A stretch of 64,000 bases of DNA from Pristiophorus japonicus (taxonomy: Eukaryota): contig NC_091979.1 in assembly GCF_044704955.1 (NCBI RefSeq), forward strand, positions 317,254,001 through 317,318,000, read 5' to 3'. How positions within the stretch are numbered: the stretch's first letter is position 1; every line of letters begins with the position of its first letter. A program made the translations under genes and the position numbers. A model generated the notes under the pieces. The model was not told the DNA's origin. It did not search any database and was given only the letters and a program-made list of their open reading frames with translations. Positions 63,595-64,000 of this stretch are shown piece by piece.

Positions 63595-64000
63595 CGCTGG
63601 TGTCAATAAAGGCCGCACTGGCATTGGAACCGACTCTGAGTGTTGAGTGATTCTTCTGATAAACACTAACACTAACACCACTCATAGGGGAAACTAAAAC
63701 GAGGGGGCTTACACTCAGAATAAGGGGCTGCCCTTTTAAAACTGAGATGAGGAGGAATTTCTTCTTTCAGAAGATTGTAAATCTGTGGAATTCTCTGCCC
63801 CAGAGAGCTGTGGTGGCTGGGTTGTTGAATATATTTAAGGCGGAGATAGACTGATTTTTGAGTAATAAGGGAATAAAGGATTATGGGGAACGGGCAGAGA
63901 AGTGGAGCTGAGTCCATGATCAGATTAGCCATGTTCTTATTAAATGGCGGAGCAGGCTCGAGGGGTCAAATGGCCAACTCCTGCTCCTTTTCTTATGTTC

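Larger units (their letters stand above)
59203..63677 (+). mobile_element. Defective endogenous retrovirus (gag, tether/RNase H, integrase, small TM ORF, env start; PR-RT and most of env absent)
   Basis: TG...CA ends, exact 5-bp TSD CCACT (59198-59202, 63678-63682), PBS TGGCATCATGAGCAGGATT at 59408 (tRNA-Ser-like). Confidence 0.92.
58340..64000 (+). mobile_element. CR1 LINE ORF2 3' part and tail, split by the ERV at 59203-63677
   Basis: KSPGPDG...RRMRGDLIETY...ERIFPL|IGETKTRG reads through across the CCACT TSD; tail ...cttatgttc at the window end. Confidence 0.9.

Noticed and set aside
59203-63677. DIRS-type retroelement or DNA transposon, suggested by the inverted termini
   Set aside because: It has a DDE integrase, tRNA PBS, 5-bp TSD and retroviral tether/RNase H, with no tyrosine recombinase or transposase.

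Overview
Vertebrate genomic DNA, most likely from a cartilaginous fish (inferred from the CR1, Gypsy and Harbinger repeat types and the MHC class I sequence; not proven). The window is a transposon-saturated IFIT (interferon-induced TPR protein) cluster. It holds one intact two-exon IFIT gene (ATG-AG exon at 52636-52640, main exon 55008-56460), two IFIT pseudogenes (3006-6820 minus; 23944-24722 plus) and an orphan ISRE/TATA promoter at about 33.6 kb. Inside the cluster sits an intact MHC class I heavy-chain gene with no coding introns (13116-14183). It has a duplicated X/X2/Y-box promoter that is separated from the ORF by a 4.4-kb AUG-free 40-bp minisatellite, and the whole cassette is bracketed by G-rich 30-bp arrays. 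The rest is many CR1 LINE pieces (some nested), two decayed Ty3/Gypsy elements, PIF/Harbinger remnants and a decayed retrovirus-like element. At 59203-63677 there is a defective endogenous retrovirus whose 5' LTR is a near-perfect 204-bp palindrome, which lacks protease/RT and most of env, and which carries a small TAATG-coupled transmembrane ORF.
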